NCBI RefSeq assembly: GCF_001194135.2
Contig: NC_068997.1
Coordinates: forward strand, 10,769,255 to 10,833,254
Origin: Octopus bimaculoides
Lineage: Eukaryota
Length of the DNA stretch: 64,000 nt
Direction of reading: 5' to 3'
A program made the position numbers and the translations under genes. The notes under the pieces were generated by a model. That model ran no database searches. It saw only the letters and a list, made by a program, of their open reading frames with translations, and was not told where the DNA came from. This document shows, piece by piece, positions 27,205-40,335 of the stretch; the stretch's first letter is position 1, and the number at the start of each line of letters is the position of its first letter.

Positions 27205-28375
27205 TCCGTCTAATGACATATACGATAAGTGGTGAGATTGGTTCATCACTCAAGCTCCGACTTGAAATGCAACGAAAGTAATAAAAACGTGGTGTTTTTT
27301 TTTAAACGTGTATGTGGTCGACCAGAGAAGTAGAGATACGATTTTTTCATATGTAAATTTTCGAGGATTTTTGCCTCTATCAGAAATCCCTCTGCAGAAA
27401 TAAACAATGCACACGTATGCGTGCACACAGAGGCAAACATATATACGCGCGCGTGCACCCCTCCCCACACGCTTATATATTGTTGTTTAACCTCAAGCTA
27501 GAGATGTTATGCAGAAGAAGAATGTTTTAGATTTCACCACCCAGTTAGTAAATATGTCAGATTATACAACACCCAATGCATTATTTATAATTTCAAATAA
27601 TTGGGTGTAATTTAGCGTAGACTAAATTTGACAACTTTTTTTTATAGTAGGTCATGTTCCTCTGTAAGTAAACTCTTAAAGAGGAATTGTAAGGAATTGT
27701 AAAGGTTGATTTTTCACTCGCAACATTATCGACATAAATCCTTTGAAACTATAACTGGGAAAGCTGAGAAAGATGTAAACTTGTTTCTCTGAAATGTTTA
27801 TTATTAAAGTACAATGCAAATAACATCGTAGATTAGGTTTTCAGTTTGGCAAAGCTTTATTACATTTTCATGTGAGAGGGGAATAGATCTTTGCTACTTT
27901 CACGGCTTTCATAAGGTTGTAAAACAGAGCAGTAGTAGAAAATGGCTTGAAATTGAGCGGCAAAACTGACAAGTCAGCAGTTTACTCTACACTTACTTTC
28001 ATCTAAACTATGCGGACAAGGTGTGGGCTTTGAAAAGATAAACAAAAATAGAAGGAAAAGACATATAACATATATTCTCTACTTTAAGTACCTGGAAGTA
28101 TCGACTGGGAGTAACTACGAAGTTTTATATTTTACATTAAAGGAAATGTTATGCTTTCGAGTTAATAATTTACCTCTGAGACAAAACGATTTGATTGACG
28201 TAAAATTGAAACACGAATCAAATCTGGTAGGTATCCTTCTGTACTTAGAGATTGCTTTCGTTTTCTACAACGTTTTCTCATACGAAATATACGACATTTT
28301 AGATTGATATAAAGTCAAACGTTTGTAGGGACATATACATGATACAAAATATATATGATATAATTTATATAGATA

Positions 28376-28412
<37 letters not shown>

Positions 28413-29766
28413 TCTTGTCTCAGCGAAGCATGGAGAATGTCATAGCTGAAGATAGAGAAAATACTACACCAGAACTAGAGTTGCACACATTTTCAGCAGA
28501 CTGATGCAACTTTTAATGAAGCTCCTTGCTCATGAACACACGCGCCGCCCGTCTCAAGAATTGAATTCACGATTTTATGATTCTGTGCCCAATATCGTGA
28601 CCCTTATTCGAAGAGCATACGAGAATATTTCTTTTATTTATGAACATAAGATTTCCCACGCCGATCTTCTTTGGGGTAAACAAGTAGCAGAGCGGCGATA
28701 GCTAATATGCATACAAAAACAAGAACATAAATCACATTTCATTTTCGAATCTCAACCGAAGTGATAATGAAAAGATCATGTGATGTTTTCGAAAGAAAGT
28801 ATCTTCACTGGTAGGAAAATTAATATGCGCTTTGCGATAATTAATGATTCTCTCACGCATTCATCGATATCAAAAGGATGAACTTGGAGGCGTTCTAAAT
28901 GGTATATAAATTCTGATTATTGAACAGGAAAACTAAACACAAAGCCTGTTTAAGTTACGCTTCTAACATCACCCCTTAGAAATAATTCAATACTTTACTT
29001 CTAGCGAATATTAATCACACACTTCCTTCCCCATGCGTTTATAAAGCTTATACGCTCCTGGTATCAATAAAATAACTATCAGTGAAGTATTAGATTTTGT
29101 ACGTGGTTTCCGATATAAAAATGTATAAGCATATGCCAAGATTAGGTATATACAATAATTCACTATGATTTGAGCCGAAAACATCTTTTGTTGCATTTCA
29201 GGATTACAGCGAATTACTGTTAGATAATATTAATTACTATTAGACAATTTCTTCCCAGAGTAATCATTGTGAAATTGCAACTCCAGTTTATAATTCAAAA
29301 GTCTATACAAAATTAACAATGCGTTTATAAACTGTCATCATATAAGCAAATTATGCGACCATTATATATAGGAAAGGTGTTTATAACTGAGCGAACGACA
29401 TCCGTTTATATTCATCACACATACATATCATTGACAGATTTTAAAATACCTAAATAATCCATTTAAATAATTCCTCGTTGAAAATAACGCAAAAGGAATA
29501 TTCCATTTCTGTCTGCTGATTTCAATAATGCCAGAAGCTCTCTGCAATTTTCGGTAATCTCTTTTTGATTACTGTCCTAATGCGGCAAAAGAGAATATTA
29601 TACATAGAAACACTCAAGTTTGTCTGTCTGTCTGTCTGTCTGCTTGTCTTTCTGTATGCACGTATATGTGTATGCATGTGCGTATGTGTGTATTTATGTG
29701 TGTGTATATCTACCTATCTACCTATATCTATATCTATCTATTAATCTACTCTATCTATCCATCCAC

Positions 29767-29799
<33 letters not shown>

Positions 29800-31987
29800 A
29801 ATGATATACGATATATATATATATATATATATAGCTTTTGGCAAAACATTTACGAAAGTGCTTCTTAGAAATGCGCTTAACATCGCTTTTGAGAGCCGGG
29901 TCTGAAAGTTAAATGTGCGAAATAGATAATGATTACCAAATATTATCATTTCAGTTTTATTTTCGTCTATGAACCTAGTCAGCACCAAATTAACTGTATC
30001 GTTAGAAAAACTCGGAGAAAGTTTTATTTGTTATTATTGATTTCTTTTGAACGTGTGCTAGGTGGCATTTCAGGAATAAATATAGTCTATTCAATCGATC
30101 CGCAATATAATTGGTACTTATTTTATTTAAATCTAGACACATTAAAAGTAAAGTGGATCTCAGCGTGATCAACCTCACTATGTATGGGCTCCAAAGAAAA
30201 TACTGATAGGTATTCAATGTGTCACTTTACTATGAGAGAATTCTATTTGTATGCATTGTTTACGTAGACACATTCAGATTGCGGTATATAAATAATGTGA
30301 ATAGAAATTTTTATGATACTTATTAAAACATTTCAAAAGAGCATTAGCGAAATAGCTCCAGTTAGGAATCGATCTTACTTCACGCTATCCACCCAAATAT
30401 TGTTATCCTTTTTTTACCAAAATAAAAGGTTAATTATTGTGAAGACGTTCATTGTTTAAAATGTAACACAGAATATTACAGGTACTTAATGCGTTGCATT
30501 AGTGTCTCAATTGAAGAGATATGGCTTTCAAAGTAATGAGTTAAATTCAACGGGTTAAGGATAGGCGTCTGCTGAAGATAATTCAAAAAGTGGAAAAATG
30601 CAAGGAGGTGAAGGATTATATTATTTTGACCTGACATGTGAAGACATGAATTTGCCTTGTTTCTTCCTGGGACGTTAGAATGCTATTGTTTGTTGCAAAC
30701 CATTATTTTATCCATTTTTTGTTGTATATTGTAAAACATTAAACGGAAAGCTGTAGTCAGTAGATGGGTGAGCTGAGAAATTCAGTTGATTTCTACATCA
30801 AAACTTCCTGCTGTAACTATACAGTATTAAAAACATCGGAATAAATAAAAGGCTTGCAGAAAAGAATATGATGGATTGAGACGGCTATGCGACATACGCA
30901 TGCATATTTTAGCTAACGTCGAGGAATGAAAACCGAATTGTTCCATGGTAAACATTTAATTTAGAATGCAAAGAGAACTTGTGTGTGTGTGTGTGTGTGT
31001 GTGTGTGGTATGAGGGAGAGAGAGAGGAGGAGGGAGAGAATGATCGAGTGGAATATTAATATCATAAATCATGCAGTGTGACGCATTAAAAGTTAATCCT
31101 CTCACCTGGTGATATCTGCACATAAAGATTTTGAGCTGAAGGACTCAAGAGCAGAATATGCTGTTTTCTACTCCAGTGACATTAATAATGCCGAAAATCC
31201 AAATGGCTTGTATCATATGGTCTTAGTTTTCAGTATTTTGTACGGTCATAATCAAAGTAACCTTGCTCCTTTCTAAAAAAGCAACACCAAATGCGTTCTA
31301 AATGGGCAAACTAAACATGAGTAGCAACGAAGTAGGTGACAAACAACTGGATAATATGTATCTAGGGCAACCACTATCGAGGTGATGGTTTAACTGGGCG
31401 GGCGTCAAATAACTTGGCTGACTAATAGACAAAATAATTGTCTCGCAGAGGTTTAATTGACGAGAGATACAATTTTTATTATATTATATAGTCTGAGGTA
31501 GCTCTTGATCTACTAAATATGTGATAAAAGACGCTGTCTCTGATAATTGATCCAACGGTTTGCCCAATAAGCGCTGAAACGGTTCTAAACAATATTAAAC
31601 GTCTTGTACTGTATCCCTGTAGTCCAGACACACTGATAATTAGATAGATTAAACATAATGTTGTATAGCTAGCTCTCACATTTTCCCCTCTAGTCTACGT
31701 GTCTGTCATCTAGTTTTACCTGAACCTGACGTTTAATATGTGACACCGTGTAACAATTAGGACACTTTTAAGTTTAATAGTGAGGTAAATTAAGCTGCAG
31801 TTTTATATTTCTGAGATGGGAAATGAATTGAATTGATTTTTATAAAGAAATCGATTTAGTGCATCGATTTCTGGAAGTGTTACTTTGAAAGTCGTAAAGT
31901 AAATAAATTCTCGACTGAAGTAAGCTTTTATGGCGTTCATGCTTTTCTTTTAATGTTATAATATATTGAAAAGTGACTTCAACTATG

Positions 31988-32258
31988 AATAGGCCTAGTG
32001 GTTACAGATTTGAGCTCACCATCTTAAGATCGAGTGTTCGATTCCTGCAGGCGTGTTGTGTCCTTGAGAAATTTCCTTTATTTCATGTTTCTCTTGTTCA
32101 CTCAGGTGGCAAACGTGAGTTGTACGTGTATTTCAAATGGCCATCTTTGTAACATTCTGTGTCCCGCCGAATCTCCATGAGAACTACGTTGAATTCATGA
32201 GCAGGCTGCTCTGTTGGTCGGACCAACTAAACCTCTTGCCGTCATAACCGATGGAGTG
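31988..32258 (+). mobile_element. tRNA-derived SINE, family C
   Basis: GGCCTAGTGGTTA...GTGTTCGATTCC...TGTGTCCTTGAG; tail GAGCAGGCTGCTCTGTT...CCGTCATAACCGATGGAGTG matches the tail of the 42882 copy. Confidence 0.7.
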
Positions 32259-32966
32259 ATATATCTGTATGTGTGTATGTGTGTACATGTGTGTGTGCGT
32301 GTGTGTATGTGTGAGTATATATATATATATATATTTTACTTGTTTCAGCCATGCGGCTGTGGTCATATTTATATTTATATATAAACACATGCATTTATAA
32401 ATGTGTGTATGTAGGTGCTTGTGTATTTATCAGAAATATGATCCTTGATAAACCGCGTAAAAGGAATGTACATATTCCTATACAAATTTTATACCCCCAC
32501 CAACAAAATATTGTCTTTTATATAAAATAGATCAATATATATAGGTATATGTTACGTATATATATACATGCATTAACATTTATACACACATACACACACA
32601 CACTAATAAAAGTAAAATGTACTTATATATATCAAGTATATTTATATGCATAATATATTTCAAGAATGCTTGAAATTTAATCGCTTAAATCATTCTTTCA
32701 TATATTCCTATTCATTTTCTAAAACCTTCAAATCGAAACATGTTTAATACTCACTGAAACCCCATTAACATTCGACGTATTCCACAGTGATTATATATAC
32801 AAGCACTCACCTAGACAAGTACTTGCAAGTCTACGTGAGAAACTATGCACACTAACACACAGGAACATATGTATGACGTAAATTACATACACATGTTCAA
32901 AACACTTAAGAAATGTTATATATAAAAGAGAATCTTACGCAAGAATTTATTCAGTACATATGCAAT

Positions 32967-33051
32967 TCATATCTATGGAATCTTTAAATTTCGATGTTTA
33001 TTCTATGTAAATCATATCTATGGAATCTTTAAATTTAGACGTTTATTCTAT
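32967..33051. repeat. 45-bp tandem duplication
   Basis: TCATATCTATGGAATCTTTAAATTT...GTTTATTCTAT at 32967 and 33012. Confidence 0.9.
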
Positions 33052-33203
33052 TGGCTAATAAAAGGAGATATGTACAGGGGGAGATATCCTGCTTGTTTAT
33101 TGAACGTATTCATGTAAAATTATCTACAATTTATGCGAGGGTATGTGCATGCGTATGTGTCCATGTGTGTATGTGTGTGTGCTTTGCTGAATGTCTCGTG
33201 AGT

Positions 33204-33427
33204 TTAACCCTTGAACATATAGATTTCTCTGTGAAATGTAACACTTATTCATTCACATTGTTTTGAATTATTCGTGAATTATCTCATAGCTTTGAGATTT
33301 CAATGATATGATTATTTATCTTTAGAAGTTGTAGAGGAGGTATGAGAAGTTAGATCTGACCGGTTTGAACATAAAAAAGGCGGAATGTTTTGGCCGGATG
33401 TCGCTTGTTTGAATTCTAAATGGTTAA
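33204..33427. mobile_element. TTAA-flanked non-autonomous element (piggyBac-type MITE)
   Basis: TTAA|CCCTTGAACAT at 33204-33218 and GAATTCTAAATGG|TTAA ending at 33427. Decayed CCCTTTAGCATT-like inverted termini and a TTAA target duplication. Confidence 0.6.
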
Positions 33428-34342
33428 TGTTAAATATACTGCTCGCCGAAATGAGAACGAATGACTAGTGCGGCTTTCCTGTATATATTTGTGCTTTATG
33501 TGAGGTAAGTTGTACGTTTAATTTCGATAGATGCTTCCAAACTATAATGCCTTAAGTATTTTCTTCTATGTCCATAATTTTCCCTTTAAAAATGCACACG
33601 CACACAGAAAAGTTTCAAGAAAAAAAATGTATTATTATGCATGTAAATATTTCAGATACAATTTACATTTTAAAAAAGAATTTATTAAAACTATAAAGCT
33701 GTTTGTTTGTGAAATCTCTCTCATTAAGAAACAATACATAAACTGAATAATATTATATTCCCATGGTCGTTTAGCTAGCTTTACATGATACTTCATTAAG
33801 TTTCTTCTATGTCGTAATATCGATTAGAATCACTCGAACGAGATAATTAAATAACAGATATGTGTTGTTAGATAATTAATTTGATGATATTATCAACTCC
33901 AGTATAAAGACGGAATTAATTTCATTTGTGTCATTTCTGTAGATTACCGATAACAGCTTTAATACAACAGGAACTCTTTGACGAAATTACAAAGCAAAAA
34001 TTATCTTAACCAAGTGGGAATTAATAGTAAAATCATTTTGAAAAATAATAACAAATGGTACAAAAATAACTTCTCAAGAAAGTCTTTAGTTATAAATCAT
34101 TCTAGCATATATTTCGGAATTGTACATATGTTGAAATTGAAACAATTATTTTAAGGAAGTGTCACCTTCTCTATTCAAAAAACACACAGAAAATTAATAC
34201 TTTCACTTCAGTTTACTTTATAATTCCATCATATGTTATAGCGTTGTATAAGTTTCGTATTCTAATCACTAACATAATTCCACTGTATTCGGAGAATTGT
34301 CATGTAGTATACACGGCATTTATTTGAATCAAATACATATCC

Positions 34343-34700
34343 CTTTTACTAGATGAAAATAATGATACCTGTGCATAATTCAGTATCAAGGATGGTAATC
34401 AGTCTTCAAACTTATACGGATTATACCTATATATAATTGGCGTCTAAGATAGTGGTCCTGGTTGGAATTAGCAAAAAAATTAATTGGAATGGGAATTTAC
34501 CTTCAGTAAATATGACAGTAAATATGGCAGGGTTTATGTGAGATTTACTGAATTGCATTTTATGGATGTCTATTGAGATGTTTTTCATTGCAATGTGAAT
34601 TTATGCTGCTCTCATTTGATTTCTAAAATGAGTCAACGCTCTTTTGAGAGCTATCTTTCTAATGGCTCCTCACTCGTCAACCTTTAGGCAAAATGAAAGA
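34343..34700 (+). mobile_element. Decayed hAT (Buster/GTF2IRD2-like) transposase fragment
   Basis: LLDENNDTCA (cf. LDESTD), PSVNMTVNMAGFM (cf. GAPSM.G...GF), DVFHCNVNLCCSHLISKM...LVNL (cf. FHC++H...LC...++VN) appear in the expected order across frameshifts. Confidence 0.42.
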
Positions 34701-34873
34701 AAATATTACTTTAGTATTAATTTCGCAGATTTTGAAAGCGGAGATTTATTTCGTTGTATTTATTTTTCATTTTTGTTTATATGTTAAGCTATCATTTTCC
34801 AATTAAGACGGTAAAACTGCAGGAAATGATATTTAGTTTATATTTTTAATGATACTACAACACCTAGAATAGC

Positions 34874-34932
<59 letters not shown>
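34874..34932. repeat. Pure (AAT)n microsatellite
   Basis: Read directly. Confidence 0.95.
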
Positions 34933-34933
<1 letters not shown>

Positions 34934-36363
34934 TAGCCTTAATTTAGTAACAGCCAATAAGAAACTGATAAATTCAACAAAACATAAACAGCATCGTAAT
35001 AAACTACCGCAGCAACTGCAATATTTGAATCACTAAAACTAATTATATTTGAGGTGCATTATTAATAGATACGTTCTCAAACATTGAAATATAAAGAGGA
35101 GACATGATAATATTAATAAAACATGATAAATTACATACAAATGCTGAAAAGAAAACTAAAAGCTATGAGGAGAAAAAAATGAAGGAAACGTTACGCTAAA
35201 AAAATTATAAACAAAATGGAAGACATAAAAACGTATCTTAAAAATAAAAGCAGAAACCCATGAAAATAACAAACGTATCCAAATTCAAAGTAATAAATAG
35301 AAGAAATGGTAATTATATGGTGATGTTAATAAATCTGAGAAATTAATTCTCGAAGCTAATTACTAGTTAAAACAAAAGTTTCAAAGTTTTCACCGTAATT
35401 AGACATATATGTGGAAAATAATTGGAAACAATAATATTGTTATTTAATTTTTTTATGTTATAAGATGGTGGATTAGCAGAGTCGTAAGAACTGTGGTATT
35501 TTAATACTGCCCTTCACGTTGAGAGTTTGCGAGGTTGACTATTGTCATTCATGGTGGAAGGTAGATGAAATATGCATCAGTAAATACTGCGGTTACTTCA
35601 TGCGATTACACCTATCGTCCCAAATTTATTGCATTGGGATTATTTTTTAGAAATTAACGATTCGGACTTCAGGGAATTTGGATTCTATTTCTTGTAAGGT
35701 TTTCGTAAGTCACGTACTAGTAAAGCCAGTTTACTTGTATGATGAATAATGTTACCTATAGAGGTTTAGTTTCTATATCTGCATATAATGATGCTGAAAT
35801 TCAGAGTTCCAAATTTTTTGTTCAATTATAATTGAAAATATGAGCAGGTAATTGCTGCAAAGGAAAATGAAAATAAGACATTGGGACGATGATTTAAAGA
35901 GTAGAAAAAACAAACAAACAAACAAACAAACAAAAAACAAATAAAAACAAAACAAACTCACTTTCAGTATTTGCACAGGTACGTGCGTGTGTCCTCGTTT
36001 ATATTACAGCTGTCAGAGAAAAAAATACATTAGAAAATGCTATTTATTTCATCTCCATTTCTATGATGCCACATTCCTTGCGTTGAGTGTGTGTTGTACT
36101 GCACAGGGAAACAAATCAAACATATTCATATTATGCAGGTGCACATTTAGAGAAAAAGAAAATGAGGTATTGGAGAGAAACTGATAGTAAAAGAAACGAA
36201 AGGAATGTGACAGAAAAAACCAAAGGAGAAAGATGATATGGTTAGAGGAGATTAAAATATAAACCAAGGCGCCAGAAAGTAGATCACAAAATTAGCATAG
36301 GTATTATGTGTGTGTGTGTATGCATGTGTGTGCGTGTGGGTGTGTGAGTGTGTGTGTGTGTAT

Positions 36364-36399
<36 letters not shown>

Positions 36400-36401
<2 letters not shown>

Positions 36402-36598
36402 TCTTTTACTTGTTTTAGTCTGCTGACTGCGGTCGTGCTGGAGCACCGCTTTGAAAGGTGTTAGTCGAACACGTTGTCTCCAGGAGTTATTTTTTAAGCC
36501 TAGTACATATTCTATCAATCGCTTATACCGAATCACTAGGTTACTGGGACGTAAACACACCAAAACCGGCTGTCACGCAGTGGTGGAGGGACAAACAG
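36400..36598 (-). mobile_element. SINE family B 3' half
   Basis: TTTTACTTGTTTTAGTC...GACTGCGGTCGTGCTGGAGCACCGC...AAGCCTAGTAC...GGGACGTAAACACACC. Confidence 0.8.
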
Positions 36599-37388
36599 TA
36601 TTGGCCATCCGTGACGACTTCAAGGGTTAGCCCTCTTTATTCAAGTTCGGTGTCACATCTGCTGGGATCTGCTTGACATCCCGTAAAGTTTTATGGGTGT
36701 AGTTACTGACGTGGGGGTGTGGGTGTGGGCAGAAAGATGGGAAGGAAAGAAGCGCGTTTGTGTGTGTATGTATAGACTTGCGCGTGTGCATGTATGTGTG
36801 TGTGTGTATGAATGCAAGAGTGTTTACTTATGCGTGTTCACCAGGTGCTTGCGGATAAGTGTTTCTGTGAATGTGTGCACGTGCGTGTTCTTGTGCATAT
36901 GTGTATGTTCCTGCGTGGGTGTGTGCGTGCGTGCGTGTGTATGGACACACTGCGTGAATTGTGGTAAGTGGTGATGTGGTTGTCTTACGTACGACGTATA
37001 TTTTCTATTTATTTAACGGTAATGTCACACTTACGATAATAGATTCACTTATCTCTATGTGTATGTGTGTGTGTGTGTGTGTGTGCCTGGTTGCGTACTT
37101 AACATATAGTACTTAAGTATATACTTAACATATATGTATCCACACACATGCATGCACCAAGCGATGTGTGCCTGTCAATGTCAGGTAATAAATGCTTTTG
37201 CATGTTTGTTTCCTTATATCTTTCTATATTTAGGCTCTGCATAATCCTATATACGTCTAGTTCCTTTTATTTTAGTTATAGACGTTGCTGGAAAAACTTC
37301 ACATTTCTCATACCATACAAATGCTTTTAACGTTTTTTTCGTATTCATCTTTTTTCTCCATAAATTTTAATTTGTCTGTCTGTCTATC

Positions 37389-37430
<42 letters not shown>

Positions 37431-38767
37431 CCTGTCTGTCTGTCTCTCTCTGTATCTAATCCTCTTTATCTCAGGTGAAGGGAGGGAGATATGAATGAAA
37501 TAACTCATACAAAAATAAGAGAAATAAGAAACTGAGTTTTGGAGTAAGCAGAAAGTTAGACATTGATAAAATGCATCGATTTAAAAAGAATAAATGAAAA
37601 AGTGAAAGAAAATTCTGGAGAATAAAAGCAAAACATGGGACCAATTTTCATTTCGCACAATGTTTCGTTTTTCAGTTCGCTAAGCTCAAGGGCAAATGCT
37701 TTCGAATATTAGCGGCTATTTAAAGAACAACATACTTCCCAGGTGGGCAACTTTACGCTAGTACGTGCAGAGGTAGAAATGGATATGGACTTAGCACTAG
37801 AATAGATCTTTTGACGACATTATTGTGTTCATGAAAATTTTTAGATGTATATGTTAGATATGGGTATTGTATAATAAACGAAATGCTCTTATATAGTTTT
37901 CTTGTTATATAATATAATGTTCTCAACATTGTATTGTATTAAAAGAAAGTAACAATCGTACTTAAAATGCTTAATCATTTTATATTAATAATAGAAATAA
38001 TGTGTGCTTTTAATGTGACTGATGTCACTTGAATATTCAATTCAGACGTAAAAAGAGAATTTATGTTCACATATAATGTTCAGCATCCGCAAGGCGGTAC
38101 TAAGCTATTTCGTATTACATATTATAAAATAGAGTGTCTTTCTTTTTTTCTTTGCAAGAAGTTAACTGTCTTGTGAAATCGATATCACTTATGTAACAAG
38201 TGGTTAATTAAAAATCCTTAGTTTAATCGTCCATACGAGAGGCTATAATAATTACTTTGTAAAATTGCAAATCAATCAAAATTTACTACAACTATTATTA
38301 CAACTGCTTCAATTTTTACATCTTTACTACGAGTGATGGTAGAGATATCAAAGACTTGTGCATATTGTTACAAATATTTTAGGGTAGAATACAATCAGCT
38401 GAATATATATATATATATATATATATANNNNNNNNNNNNNNNNNNNNNNNNNNNNNNNNNNNNNNNNNNNNNNNNNNNNNNNNNNNNNNNNNNNNNNNNN
38501 NNNNNNNNNNNNNNNNNNNNNNNNNNNNNNNNNNNNNNNNNNNNNNNNNNNNNNNNNNNNNNNNNNNNNNNNNNNNNNNNNNNNNNNNNNNNNNNNNNNN
38601 NNNNNNNNNNNNNNNNNNNNNNNNNNNNNNNNNNNNNNNTTTTAAATAAGTTCTCCACCAATAATGGTGCTTACATACCGATGGGCTTGGTAAAAATTAT
38701 TAATTATTAATTGTTGATGTATTAATGAATTAATAAATTGATAATCCTTTACCCTTTTAATTTGTAA

Positions 38768-38799
<32 letters not shown>

Positions 38800-40219
38800 C
38801 GTACATGAATGGTAGATATTTTATTGATTTCAGTCGGAATTCATAGAAAATTAGAAATCTACAAGTCTCTCGTAAATCACCTAGTCTGAATTTCTATAAT
38901 TAATTCCAGTCGACATTAATTTCGAGCCAATTGTCGTGTTTCTAAAAAGCTACGAATTGTAAGGAAAGTTCTTAGCTGTTGGAGAGAATAGTAGTCATCG
39001 TATGACGTATAGACAAAGGAAAATGTAAGTAACGGGCAAGCTAAAATCTTCAAAAATGACGTCGGATAATATATTTACACTTCGACAAAACATTTTCTTT
39101 CTTCAACAGATAAATTGAAGTGAATAAAAAAAAGAGGGAAAATTTGCCATTGGAAACATGATGGATAATCTAGACGTCGAAATTTTAATGTGTAGCCAGA
39201 CATTCGAGATACAGTGATTGACAGAGAGTATTCGTCTGGTTACCTTTATCTGTATAAATTCAAGCAGATCGATATTCAGGACAAGATGGGGCTTCCGGAC
39301 TGGATATGCGAACTGTGTGGGCTTATATAACTTTAAACAAATAATTGGTCAGTGGCTGTATGGAGATAGCTTATGATGGCGGTGGGATTGGATAAATCGA
39401 TTAAATCGAGCTCAGTATACATCAAATGTAATGAAGAAAAATAGTTTTTATGACATATTTAGTGAATAATAGGGAACTGCAAACCAAGCACATTACAATC
39501 AGATAACCCATACAAAAGTGGATCATCTCGTTGGTCGAATGAAATGCTAGAAATAACAACCTCCCTCAAAGGACATATTTTCATTAAGACGGTATGTTTA
39601 TGTTTGAAACGTGTTATCATAGGTATACTCAATGAAGGTTGATAGAAGAAACGGTAACAGCAATAACCTCGGTATTTTATAGATACCTAAACAGTAAATA
39701 CTACAAGTTTGATATGTGCCTCTGAGCAATATTTGGTGTGTGTGTACGTGTGCGTTATTTTATATTCTGAAGTTCATTAAGTGCTATGCAAAAACGAATT
39801 CTTTAGGGAGAAATTTAAGACCTACTCAGTTATTAATTCACCAGTGATGCTATGCTTATCAGAGCTTCGAAATGTTAATGCTTATTACTTTGTAAAAAAT
39901 CAGTAGATTGGTAGAACCGCTCAGCTGAAACAACGATTATAGGACTTGTGGTATTTTGTGACGTCCATTTCTATTTAGAATTCAAAAGCCGTAGACGTTC
40001 ACTTTACAGTTAGCTATTATCTTGCGTCCACTTTGGCGTTTCTCAAAGGAAATACGAATTACAGGTGAGAAATCAACAAAATAGGTTCTAGCGGAATACT
40101 GGGTCAAATTTGATAAACTACGCTTCTTGAAATATGTGACGATTTGGGTATAATTTAGAGATTATTATATAACCCGGAGAACAGAGTCTCAACAATGCCC
40201 TTTACCGCTTCTTAGAATA

Positions 40220-40335
40220 TAATCCTTTGTATTATAGGCACAAGGCCTGAAGTTTTTGCGGAGGAGATTAGTTGATTACATCGACCCCAGAATTTCTCTG
40301 GTACTTAATTTCTTGATCCCGAAAGGACAAAAGGG
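40220..40335 (-). mobile_element. SINE family A 3' part
   Basis: ATAATCCTTT...GGCACAAGGCCTGAAG...GATTACATCGACCCCAG...CTGGTACTTAATTT. Confidence 0.7.

Noticed and set aside
31431-31480. Small imperfect hairpin (possible pre-miRNA)
   Set aside because: The stem is short and bulged (about 10-12 bp), too weak for a pre-miRNA call without small-RNA data.
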